DNA of 62,958 nt, filler included, from Octopus bimaculoides (Eukaryota): assembly GCF_001194135.2 (NCBI RefSeq). It is 7 parts of 6 records of this genome, joined end to end, with 100 filler letters (N's around TTAATTAATTAA, not from the genome) between each part and the next. Parts side by side here need not be neighbours in the genome. Positions count along the whole stretch, not along the records: positions 42,683 to 60,541 come from NC_069006.1; positions 60,642 to 61,707 come from NC_068981.1; positions 61,808 to 62,958 come from NC_068982.1; 4 more parts are not named here. One strand, given 5' to 3'. Below are positions 52,111 to 62,958 of the stretch, piece after piece. Within the stretch, counting starts at the first letter, position 1, and each line of letters opens with the position of its first letter. The notes under the pieces are model-generated. The model saw only the letters and a program-made list of their open reading frames with translations. It was not told where the DNA came from and searched no databases. The position numbers and the translations under genes were made by a program.

Positions 52111-53103
52111 ACCTCAAAAATTAATGAAGGAACACCTATGTGGTCACTGAACCTGCAAGAAACAGCAGCCACATCATCATCATCATCATCATCATCATCA
52201 TTTAGTGTCTGCTTTCCATGCTGGCATGGGTTGGACAGTTTGATTGAAACTGGTAAGCTGGAGAGTTGCACAAGGTACCAATCTGATTTGGCATGGTTTC
52301 TGCCGTTGGATGCCCTTCCTAATGCCAACCACTCCGAGAGTGTAATGGGTGTTTTTTATGTGCCACTGGCACAGGTGCCGGTTATGAAACATGGGCATCG
52401 GCCATGACTATGATCTCACTTGGCTCCACAGATCTTCTCAAGCACAATATATCGCCAAAGAACTCAGTCACTTGTAACTGTATCCCCCTCATAAATAACA
52501 CCTTACCTTCTTCAAAAATGTGAAAACTCATAGTGAAGGTCACAACTGGAACACTTTTGATAATAGGCCTGTTTGTTCAGGGCTGCTCTGGGACAATGTC
52601 ACAAGAGCATCTGGTCTCAATGTTTTAGGAAACCTACCTTACTGTCTTTGGTGAGTGTAGCAATTTTCTCTCTTTCAAAATATCGCAGACCAGTGAGCAT
52701 CTCATTGGGGTGTGAACGCTGAAATGGAAACATCACTTAGTAAGTAACAGACATTTAACATATGAAAAAGAGGTTGATAGAATAAGTACTGGTCTTTGAA
52801 GGAATTGTACCCAATGAGTGGTGTAGCAGCACCAAAGTCAATTGCTACAAAGGTAAAGGCGATGCTTTAGATAGAAATAACTACAGTGGTATCAAGGGAT
52901 TTCCACACAGTTTCTCTTTACCAAATTCACTGACAAGGGAACAGTTGGCTTGTGGCATAGAAGACGTTCGGCCAAGGTGCCAGCGCAGTGGAACTGAATC
53001 CAAAACCTCATGGCTGTTAAGCAAGTTTCTTAACCACATGCCCACATCTGCCCATATATGGAGGAAAAATGCTGCTAATTTATTCAGATTTGTGTTTTAT
53101 TAC

Positions 53104-53195
53104 CTGATTGAAAGAATCAACTGAAGACATTCTCTGGAACCTCGTCATGTCCCCTTCTAAATGGATTGTAGATGAGGCACTCACAGCTTCTGTCC
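53104..53195 (-). CDS. PPP phosphatase exon
   Basis: aaacaacag| ... |gtaata; 92 nt, phase 1-0; (R)TEAVSASSTIHLEGDMTRFQRMSSVDSFNQ. Confidence 0.8.
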
Positions 53196-53327
53196 CTGTT
53201 GTTTACAAAGAAATTCAAGAAATAAAAATTTAAAAATTACATTCAACACAAAATGTCTTCTGGTTGTTCATTCTGTCTTGGTTGTTCATCTCACACACAC
53301 ACAAATGAAAGAAAGGGCACTCAATAC

Positions 53328-53396
53328 TTGGATATTCCATGTGCCTGAGGAGATAGGCTCCATTAGCGGTTTGCAGAACTTGAAGCAGTATGGAAT
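53328..53396 (-). CDS. PPP phosphatase exon
   Basis: tttgattcag| ... |gtattg; 69 nt, phase 1-1; (D)SILLQVLQTANGAYLLRHMEYP; an alternative AG 10 nt upstream is out of frame. Confidence 0.75.
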
Positions 53397-54318
53397 CTGA
53401 ATCAAACTGTTTTGAATAATAATAATGATGATGATGATGATGACGATGACGGTGGCAGTGGTGGTAGTGATGATGATGGTGGTGGTGGTGGTGATGGTGG
53501 TGATGATAATAATAAATAATCCTTTCTACTGGAAGCACAAGGTCTCACATTATGGGGAGGGGATTAAGTCGATTACATCGACTCCCCCCAGTGCGTAACT
53601 GGTACTTATTTAATTCACCCTGAAAGGATGAAAGGCAAAGTTGACCTCAGCGGAATTTGAACTCAGAATGTAGTGGCAGACAAAATACTGCTAAGCATTT
53701 TGCCCGGCGTGCTAACGATTCTGCCAGTTTAGCACCTTAATAATAATAATAATGATGATGATGGTGATAGTGATGGTGATGATGATATATATTTATATAT
53801 ATGTATATGGACAGTGTCCTGGCTGGCCAGCTCCTGTCAAACTGTCCAACCCATGCCAGCATGGAAAATGGACATTAAACGATGATGACGATGATGATGA
53901 TCTGTGTGTGTATATCACTCATCATCATCTGATATCCATGAATTGGATGGAGTTTATCAAGGCATATTTTCCATGGCCAGACATGTTTTTCACAGAATAC
54001 TGGAAATGAATAGCGTTGCTCGTACTCACAGCGGTAATCATTATGATCATCACATGATGTCAAGACAAGGAGACATAAACATATGTGCACACACACACAT
54101 ACACAAATACACACAATGGGTTCTTTCAGTTTCCATCAATCAAGTCCACTCACAAGGCTTTGAGTCGGTATGAGGCTATAGCAGAAAAAAACCTGCCCAA
54201 AATACCATGCAGTGGGACGGAACCCAAAACTATGAGGTTGGAAGCATACTTCTTAACCACACAGCTGTACTTATATCTATGATGAAGAGAACAATGAACA
54301 AGAGAAGTAAGTAAGTAA

Positions 54319-54349
<31 letters not shown>

Positions 54350-54399
54350 GTGATTTTAAATAGTGAAATGACAATAAAATGTCAGCTGGAGTAAGTTAC

Positions 54400-54549
54400 C
54401 TTCTAAATCCCAGATTGCCATTACATCAGCCAGAGTGCCGGTCCGACGCACTTTGACGGTGTGTGTTGCAAGTTCATAGTTTTTCGTAGGAAGAGGATCA
54501 GCCTTGTTGTTGCATGAAGTGTCGTGAGAACCATCACTGTCACTAGCAT
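54400..54549 (-). CDS. PPP phosphatase exon (pre-catalytic region)
   Basis: tttcttaacag| ... |gtaact; 150 nt, phase 1-1; ASDSDGSHDTSCNNKADPLPTKNYELATHTVKVRRTGTLADVMAIWDLE; in frame with downstream exons. Confidence 0.85.
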
Positions 54550-55059
54550 CTGTTAAGAAACATCAGGGGAGAAAGAGAGAGAGAGATTTAATTAAGGTGT
54601 TAGATGTGTGACACACAAGAGGTAAGGATTTTATGATACATGTTAGATGTTTGACATATCAGAAAATGGCAAGCTGCCAGAACCATTAGCACTGAGATCA
54701 AAATGCTTAGCAGTGTTTCTTTCGGCTCAAATCCTGCCAAGGTCAACTTTACCCTTCATCTCTTTGGGCTTGATAAAATGAAGCAGCAGTCAAGTACTGG
54801 GGTTGATGTAATCAACTTGTCCCCTCACCTCAAAAAAAANNNNNNNNNNCACACACACACACATATATATACATATATACATACATATATATATATATAA
54901 ATCCATGCTGGGTATGTTTTAAACTGCGTACCATATTGGGGCCCTGGTTTAAGGGTTCCATGATTCTGATGAGCGTGGAACCCACCTTTTATCTACTGTT
55001 GTTCCCAAGTTTACTCTGACTTGGAGTAGTATCACCTGTCAGGATCCCAGCTATAAGTT

Positions 55060-56020
55060 AATTAGCAAGATCAAGGGCTTACCTCCGGAAGGTCACTCAT
55101 GGACACTCATATTAGACCCGGAGCATTTGAGGTCCTTCAGCTCTTTAGCTGCTCATCTAAGAGAAGATAACTCTGTACAAATCCTGCATCCTGGTAAACC
55201 ACTGGACACAGGGTTCTCGTTGCACCAGACCAATGCAGATTCGATGGAGGATAGAATGGAACTGGCTGGCTCTGCACAACCCTTATCCTCTCTAATCATA
55301 TTCATTGAGCAGCTGGTTCAGTGCTGATACCCTCCCTCTTCCTTCATTAGTCCAATGGGGTTAGAAAAAGGGGCAATGAGAACAGCAAGAAGATGTTACT
55401 GGAGGTCTTCTGCTTTGACCCTGAAGCAGCCACAGGGTGCAGTTTATTTTCCACAGTCCTGGGGTAGATGAGGTTGTCAGCTGTGTGTTGCTGGTTTGTG
55501 AACGAACCCTAATAGCTACTGGGCTTGTGGTCCTTGTTGCACCAGACCAATACCAAGTCTGAAGGACGAGCAAATGGGACTGGTTCTGCAGAAACCATGT
55601 CCACTATAAGAATATTCATCATACAAGATGTACAGCAGACCAAGACATCGGCCCCCAACACCACCATATTTCACGAACCCAGTGGAGAAAGGGTAAGAAG
55701 CAACAAGGACAAGGAGAAGTCTTCAGCTTTGACCCTGTACATAGGCAGCCATAGGGTGCAGTTTATTTTCCATAGTCCTGGGGCAGATGAGGTTGTCAGT
55801 TGTGTTTGTTGCTGGTTTATGGATGAACCCTAATAGCTATTAAGTTTGTGGTCCTGGTTTGCATCAGACCAATACCAAATCTGAAGGGCAAGAGAGTAAG
55901 GGATTATCTCTGCACACACCATATCCGCAACGATAATATTCATTGTTAAGCAAACCAAGACTCCGCAACCAGCACCAACACACTTTCTTCATACACAACA
56001 AAACAACAAATGAGGAACAT
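55060..56020. repeat. Three diverged tandem copies of a ~320-bp unit
   Basis: ttgca(c/t)cagaccaat at 55220, 55537, 55859; gcagcca(c/t)agggtgcagtttattttcca at 55426 and 55745. Confidence 0.85.
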
Positions 56021-56939
56021 TGTGTAATTGTGTCTCTGAAATATGATTTCTCAAAGCAGCCAGAAGGTCCACGACAACACCACATCAGTATAGAGGTGAA
56101 TCTTTAATTATTAATACTTAAGGAAATCCATGTCTATATATGTATGTGTGTGTGTGTGTGTGAGCATGTATTTTCTGCAGTCAGAAACTCAGTCAAAACT
56201 AGAAATACAGTTATGATAATAACCAGTCAGTGGCTCTCATCATCTATTCTGCTCAATACCACAGATTTGCTTGTCAGTTGTTTGACCTTAACTATTTGGG
56301 CATGTCCCTTGGTGACTGATGATATGTGTATCTCTGGTCATGAGCAGAATTAGCGGAGGAGCATCATAGTCAGGCGTTGAGAGGAATTCTTTGAGGTTTG
56401 AATAATTCACCTCTGGAAACATGGGTGTTTTGTTCATCATCCTTAAACAACCCTTATTCAGGGACCTTTTGAGTGGGATGGTTTATTTGATCTGGAGAAA
56501 ATACTAACAGGGTCTCACCTGCAAGGTCATGTGCTGTTTATCTTGATATGAGATAACCATGTCACGCAAATATGCTTGTGACGCATATGCCTTGTATACT
56601 CTTATCAGATGGATAGTCATGATGGGTATATTAGATTTTGCATATTTGTACTCCAGCGTTGTTTTGATGGCATGTGCTGCTCTCTCACTCAATAATAATA
56701 ATAATAATGATAATAATAATCCTTTCTACTGGTGGCACAAGGCCTCAAATTTGGCAGGAGGGGACAAGTCAATTACATCAACCCTCAGTGTTTCACTGGT
56801 ACTTAATTTATCGACCCTGAAAGAATGAAAGGCCTCAGCAGAATTTGAACTCAGAACGTAAAAACAGATGAAATACCGCTAAGCATTTTGCCCAGTGTGC
56901 TAACGACTCTGCCAGGGCACCACCTTAAAAATAATGATG

Positions 56940-56974
<35 letters not shown>

Positions 56975-56975
<1 letters not shown>

Positions 56976-57281
56976 GACATATACAATCCTCTTAAGTATG
57001 AAATAGCTCAGCTAGGGAAATTAAAGAAAGTGAAGATAGTGCCAAATATTGTTGGGTCCTTGGGGACAGTATGAGAAGGCATCAAGGGGAGTATAAAGGA
57101 AATCGGAACAGGGTGCCCAGTAGAACTGTTACAAAAGGTTTGCCTTGTTGGCATGACCAGAATAATCAGGAAAGTATTCGATAGCTGAAGAGAACGGATA
57201 ACATGGTACCATAGGTTGCAGGTAGTAAGCCTGCCATGCATGTAAGACTCCAGGAGTTCCAACAAAATGTGAGTTAAAAAG
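56975..57281 (+). mobile_element. R4/Dong-clade (RLE) LINE 3' end in (AAT)n
   Basis: PLKYEIAQLGKLKKVKIVPNIVGSLGTV*...ELLQKVCLVGMTRIIRKVFDS*; (AAT)n on both sides. Confidence 0.8.
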
Positions 57282-57522
57282 AATAATAATAATAGTGATG
57301 ATAACAATAATGGTTTCAAAGTTTGCCACAAGGGCAGAAGTTTTGGCGGAAGAGGTTAAGTTGATTACAACAACCCCAGTACGCAACTGGTACTTAATTT
57401 ATCATCCCCGAAAGGACAAAAGGCAAAGTCGACTTTGGTGGAATTTGAACTCAGAACATAGTGGCAGATGAAATACAAAAAGCATTTCGCCTGACGTGCT
57501 AATGATTCTGCCAGCTCACCAC

Positions 57523-57567
<45 letters not shown>

Positions 57568-58690
57568 CCTTTCTACTATAGGCGNNNNNNNNNNNNNNNN
57601 NNNNNNNNNNNNNNNNNNNNNNNNNNNNNNNNNNNNNNNNNNNNNNNNNNNNNNNNNNNNNNNNNNNNNNNNNNNNNNNNNNNNNNNNNNNNNNNNNNNN
57701 NNNNNNNNNNNNNNNNNNNNNNNNNNNNNNNNNNNNNNNNNNNNNNNNNNNNNNNNNNNNNNNNNNNNNNNNNNNNNNNNNNNNNNNNNNNNNNNNNNNN
57801 NNNNNNNNNNNNNNNNNNNNNNNNNNNNNNNNNNNNNNNNNNNNNNNNNNNNNNNNNNNNNNNNNNNNNNNNNNNNNNNNNNNNNNNNNNNNNNNNNNNN
57901 NNNNNNNNNNNNNNNNNNNNNNNNNNNGTGTGTGTGTGTGCATGTGTGTATGTTTCTGCATGCATGTGTTTTGAGTGTATATGTATAAATGTGTGTGTGT
58001 GTGTGTGTGCATGTGCGTGTATTCATGAAGGATGCTGTGGTTCTGCTGTGCTGGAGTGAATAGCTGCTGCAAGGACTGTATAAGAATTTCTGCCATTTGG
58101 AATATGGCAAAGAATGGTCAAAGTTGGAATCGGAAAACAAATTTGAAAATAACATATGTATGTGTGTGTGTGTGCGTACATGTGTCCATGTGTGTGTATG
58201 TGTGAGAGAGTATGAGAGAGTGAGTGAGTGAGCATAGGAGGGATGGATGGAGGGAAGTGTGCACGAGAGGGCCCAGAGGTGTGCACACACACGTGCACAC
58301 ACACACACACATACACAGATGCACAGACCAGCTGATGTGGGTTGGAAGGTTGGAAAGAAGAAGAAGAAGAAAGAAAGAAAGAAAGAAAGAAAGAATAATG
58401 TTTATATAAATAAATAATTTCAAAGTGAAATGTTAAATGTTTATAATAATAATAATAATAATAATCCTTTGTACTGAAGGCACAAGGCCTGAAATTTGGG
58501 GGGGGGGGAAGGAGATAGCCGAATACATTCACTCCAGTATATAACTGGTAAACTGGTACTTATTTAATCAACCCCAAAAGGATGAAAGGCAAAGTCGACC
58601 TTGGTGGAATTTGAACACAGAATGTAATGATAGGCGAAATATCGATAAGCATTTTGCCTGGTGTTCTGACGATTCTGCCAGCTCGCTGCC

Positions 58691-58731
<41 letters not shown>

Positions 58732-58920
58732 CATAAAAAAATAATACCGCCCAACCTAAAGAAACATCTGGAATCTAGATGTATTGCAAATGTCAGCATT
58801 ACTTGGAATTGCACGCATATTGAGGTCCTTCTTGTGACTTGACAAAGAGTACAAACCCCCGGTAGGCACAATATCTTCAATCAACAACTTCATGATATTG
58901 TATACTGTGCAATGTATTAA
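58732..58920 (+). mobile_element. Second, different R4/Dong-clade 3' end in (AAT)n
   Basis: IIPPNLKKHLES.. / LQMSALLGIARILRSFL*; (AAT)n on both sides. Confidence 0.7.
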
Positions 58921-58932
58921 ATAATAATAATG

Positions 58933-58997
<65 letters not shown>

Positions 58998-59324
58998 AGG
59001 AATTCTTTGTGGTTGGAATAATTCACTCCTGGAAACATAGGTGTTTTGTTCATCATCCTTAACCAAACCTTATTCAGGGACCTTTTGAGCAGAAGGGGCT
59101 ACTCAACTTGAAGGAAATTCTAACTGGGCACCCACCTGCAAGGTCATGTGCCGTTTATCTTGCTATGAGATCACCATGTTGTGCACATGTGGTTACGATG
59201 CATGTGCCTGGTGTACCCTTATCAGACGGGTAGTCATGTACTGGGTTTCATATATTTGCACCCCAGTGTCACTTTGGTGGTATATATTGCTCTCTCATTC
59301 AATAACAACAACAACAACAACAAC

Positions 59325-59359
<35 letters not shown>

Positions 59360-59749
59360 TAAAGAATGATATAATAAATGGAAAATTTGAGCAAGAAACA
59401 AGTGTTATATACATACTTAGAACCATACATACATACATACATACAGACATACAGACAGACATATATATATATTAATTATTTTCGTTACTTTTGAAGAAAT
59501 TCACATGGTTTACAGCAATAAAAATATATTATTATAATATTATGAATTTATTTCTATTCATATTAAAAATCAATATTTATATTCAAGAAATGTATTTCCC
59601 ATGTTCTGTGGAGAAAATGACCATAATTGAAGAATTAGAGACAACACCATAAATTCCAGTCTTTGATTGCGTGTGTGTGTGTGTGTGTGTGTGTATCTTG
59701 GTGTATTAAAATAAAGATATTTGTAGCAAAAGTATGTAGTGGCAGTTAC

Positions 59750-59820
59750 AAAGCTTTGTTTGTGGACGCGGCTCCTGTTGGTGTTTGTTCCATGCCATCT
59801 TCTTCATCTCTGTTTGTAAA
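59750..59820 (-). CDS. Candidate upstream exon of the PPP phosphatase gene
   Basis: Acceptor tatttgtttctattatcag| and donor |gtaact; 71 nt. Phase 2->1 reads LQTEMKKMAWNKHQQEPRPQTKL and joins in frame to exon 54549. No recognisable motif, and an intervening exon could lie in the 57585-57927 gap. Confidence 0.45.
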
Positions 59821-60221
59821 CTGATAATAGAAACAAATACGATTATATAAACAAATGCCTTTATCTCTCACTCTCTCTCTCTCTCTCCCTATATATATAT
59901 CTATATCTATATATATATATAGATATATATATAAAACAAATAATAGATGAGTATATGCATATATACGTACAAGTGTGTGCATACCTACATCTACCTGTAA
60001 ATATAGATGCATATCTGGGTACAGGACGTTGCAAACAAAATGTAGACAAAAAAAATAATAATAACCAGAGTACAGAAAACACACAGGCCACATAGAGAAC
60101 CTTTTCTTTCATCAGCTGCCACCATTCTAACACAGGCGAATTTATGGAAAGAAGTCCAATAAAACTCTTCGATTTAGTTAAAAATGGAGAAGACAAGTTG
60201 TTAAAATAGATATTACTCTTA

Positions 60222-60541
60222 CTCTTTTACTCTTTTACTTGTTTCAGTCATTTGACTGCGGCCATGCTGGAGCACTGCCTTTAGTCGAGAAAATCAACCC
60301 CAGGACTTATTCTTTGTAAGCCTAGTACATATTCTATTGGTCTCTTTTTGCCGAACCGCTAAGTTACGGGGATGTAAACACACCAGCATCGGTTGTCAAG
60401 TGATGGTGGGGGGACAAACACAGACACACAAACACACATACATATATACGACAGGCTTCTTTCAGTTTCCGTCTACCAAATCCACTCACAAGACTTTGGT
60501 CGGCCCGAGGCTATAGTAGAAGACACTTGCCCAAGGTGCCA
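60222..60541 (-). mobile_element. Family-1 SINE, truncated by gap
   Basis: Reverse complement of 22523-22885 body and tail. Confidence 0.9.
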
Positions 60542-60641
60542 NNNNNNNNNNNNNNNNNNNNNNNNNNNNNNNNNNNNNNNNNNNNTTAATTAATTAANNN
60601 NNNNNNNNNNNNNNNNNNNNNNNNNNNNNNNNNNNNNNNNN

Positions 60642-60699
<58 letters not shown>

Positions 60700-61661
60700 A
60701 TACATACATCCATCCATCCATGCATACATACATACATACATACATACATACATACATACATACATACATACATAGATATGCCCTCTAATGGTGATCTTGG
60801 CACAGTCAATGCCATAGAATTAGAAACTGCTATCTTTTAAAAAGTCAGAACCACTCTTTTGAAAAATTCATCATTTCCTTTCTCTGTGAAGTATTACTAA
60901 TAAAAATGCCACTATGTAAGAGGGAATTTCAAATTGTATTCCTCTTTCGAATGGTCTTCGGAAAAGTCGTTTATAGCAAAGATGTCATATGGCTGACGTC
61001 AGGGAGAGTAGCAAACTTCCAACAAAATGGTTACAACCTGCTACATGCCATTTCTCATGTAAAAGTCAACGTTATTGTTATATTTCGGGATGGTCAATAT
61101 TTTCTGTAAATAGACACACGCACTATTTGCATATTGTTATTGTTCTTATTTTAGTCTCCATTGTCTGAAATCTTTCGTCACACATTCTCTGACCTCTTCA
61201 GCGATTCTCCATCCCACGATCATCCACGATTTCACATCAGGAAATTTGCAAAAGAAATACATAAATGTAACGATGCCAATGTCTTTTTTATGAACAAAAC
61301 TACCTTTGTCTCGGATTATCAAAGCACTACGTACATGAAAGGTTTTAGCATACCATCTACTCCATAACAATAGGTGACAAAGTTGATATATTTAAATAGC
61401 TCAATGCATGCGTGAAGCATATATTAGACGAAACATAAATGTCGTATGATACTTAACTGAAATTGAAATCATATAAAGAAGTAAATATTATGACTGACGA
61501 TATACAAATAGTGTAGGAGTGAGATACGTACATGCGCACATTATGCTATATATGTGTGTGTATGAATCTATATATATGTGTATATATACACATATACATA
61601 TATACACATACACATATATTCATACGTATATGCACACACATACATATATTATATTATGTTA

Positions 61662-61707
<46 letters not shown>

Positions 61708-61849
61708 NNNNNNNNNNNNNNNNNNNNNNNNNNNNNNNNNNNNNNNNNNNNTTAATTAATTAANNNNNNNNNNNNNNNNNNNNNNNNNNNNNNNNNNNNN
61801 NNNNNNNATATATTTATTATTATTATTATTATCATTATTATTATTATTA

Positions 61850-61887
<38 letters not shown>

Positions 61888-62958
61888 GTCATCATCATTT
61901 AATTTATATTAGATAATGTGGAAGCGTGTTAAGCTTATTAAGTTTTAATGTTGTTCTGCTCAAAATTACAGCACACATAAATGGATTTACTACTTCACTA
62001 TAGTTTTCTTTTTGGGAGAAACTGTTAAGCATGCCCTAATACAAACTAGAATTGTTACCCAAATATTTATATGAAATAGTTATTCAGCCAATGTGGGATC
62101 ACTCGACACAAGAAATAGCGATGTGATCGCTCTCAAAATACATCCTACTAAAAGGACACATTTTATATTATTTCGGAAAAGATAAGTGGTTGGTCGATAA
62201 TTGAGTCTTTTTACTTATAGCTCCCTTCAATCAATTAACTCGAAATAGTTTAATTTAAAAAGTAATGATCCCTTACTTGTTAATTTAAATTAAATTCTGT
62301 TAAAGTAGGACTTCCAGTTAACAACACCGGTAAAACATATGAAGAATGGTGTTCTAATTTAGGCACAAAACCAAGTTTTTTTTTGTGGATATACGGAGTC
62401 AATTTAGTCGAACACACTATTCAACTTGAACTAACGTTTTTGAACTTGAAAGTTAAAAGAAATTCGAATGTAATCCTTTATCCTTTCGGTGCAGTTTCTT
62501 TCCGGTAATTTCTGAACACAAATTATATACTGTCAATTTTGCCAATAATTTCTTTAGTTTCCACGAATATGTACTATAATTCTCTAATATTTATTCAAAA
62601 CTCGTTAACAATTTTCCTATAGTCTAACTTTAATCCACAGTAAAAACTGCCAATTTGGCGAGTCAAAAAAAGACAACAGTAGATTAATGCCAAATAAATA
62701 AACAAATGTTTGGCGCTCAATGTCAGAAAAGAAACAAAAGCTCAAAAATTTTAATTCAAGCTCTTCGGACTATACGTAAATGAACTTACAAATTTATTCC
62801 TGCTGAAAGTGATATTTCTGTATAACGGAAAGTATATAATTAAAACGTTGTTCTCATTCAGGAAGAATTATCTTAAATACTTCATTTATGCTTAACATGC
62901 ATTAACAGAAAAATTCGAATACCATGCAAAATAACACATACACACGCATACACATATA

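Noticed and set aside
57990-58110. Possible phosphatase exon on minus
   Set aside because: No GT donor before the microsatellite and gap, and no frame continuity.

Overview
Animal genomic DNA: AT-rich, saturated with microsatellites, about 12 large N gaps. The repeat families look like those of Octopus (inference). One protein-coding gene is clearly supported. It is a minus-strand, multi-exon PPP-family Ser/Thr phosphatase with 9 phase-compatible GT-AG exons at 54549->43266, plus one candidate upstream exon at 59820-59750. All catalytic motifs are present (GDIHG, GDYVDRG, RGNHE, HGG, WNDP, RAHE). The long non-canonical N-terminal part suggests an uncharacterised invertebrate subfamily. The start and the terminal exon were not found. 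The rest is a dense mosaic of mobile DNA: CR1-group, RTE and R4/Dong-type LINE fragments, Penelope-like (PLE) remnants, Tc1, mariner, DD37D, pogo, hAT, piggyBac-like MITEs, a Helitron and three SINE-like families. The most interesting unexplained signals are: (1) several families of minimal hammerhead-ribozyme-like motifs with palindromic helix III and non-canonical core position 6, mostly beside PLE remnants; (2) an (AAT)n-punctuated chain of retroelements including two R4/Dong 3' ends; (3) a 96-bp-stem intronic foldback and an inverted SINE pair around a symmetric exon, both candidate dsRNA/ADAR substrates; (4) an RTE ending in three C2H2-like fingers; (5) a templated A-B-A insertion. All calls were made by eye; no searches were run.
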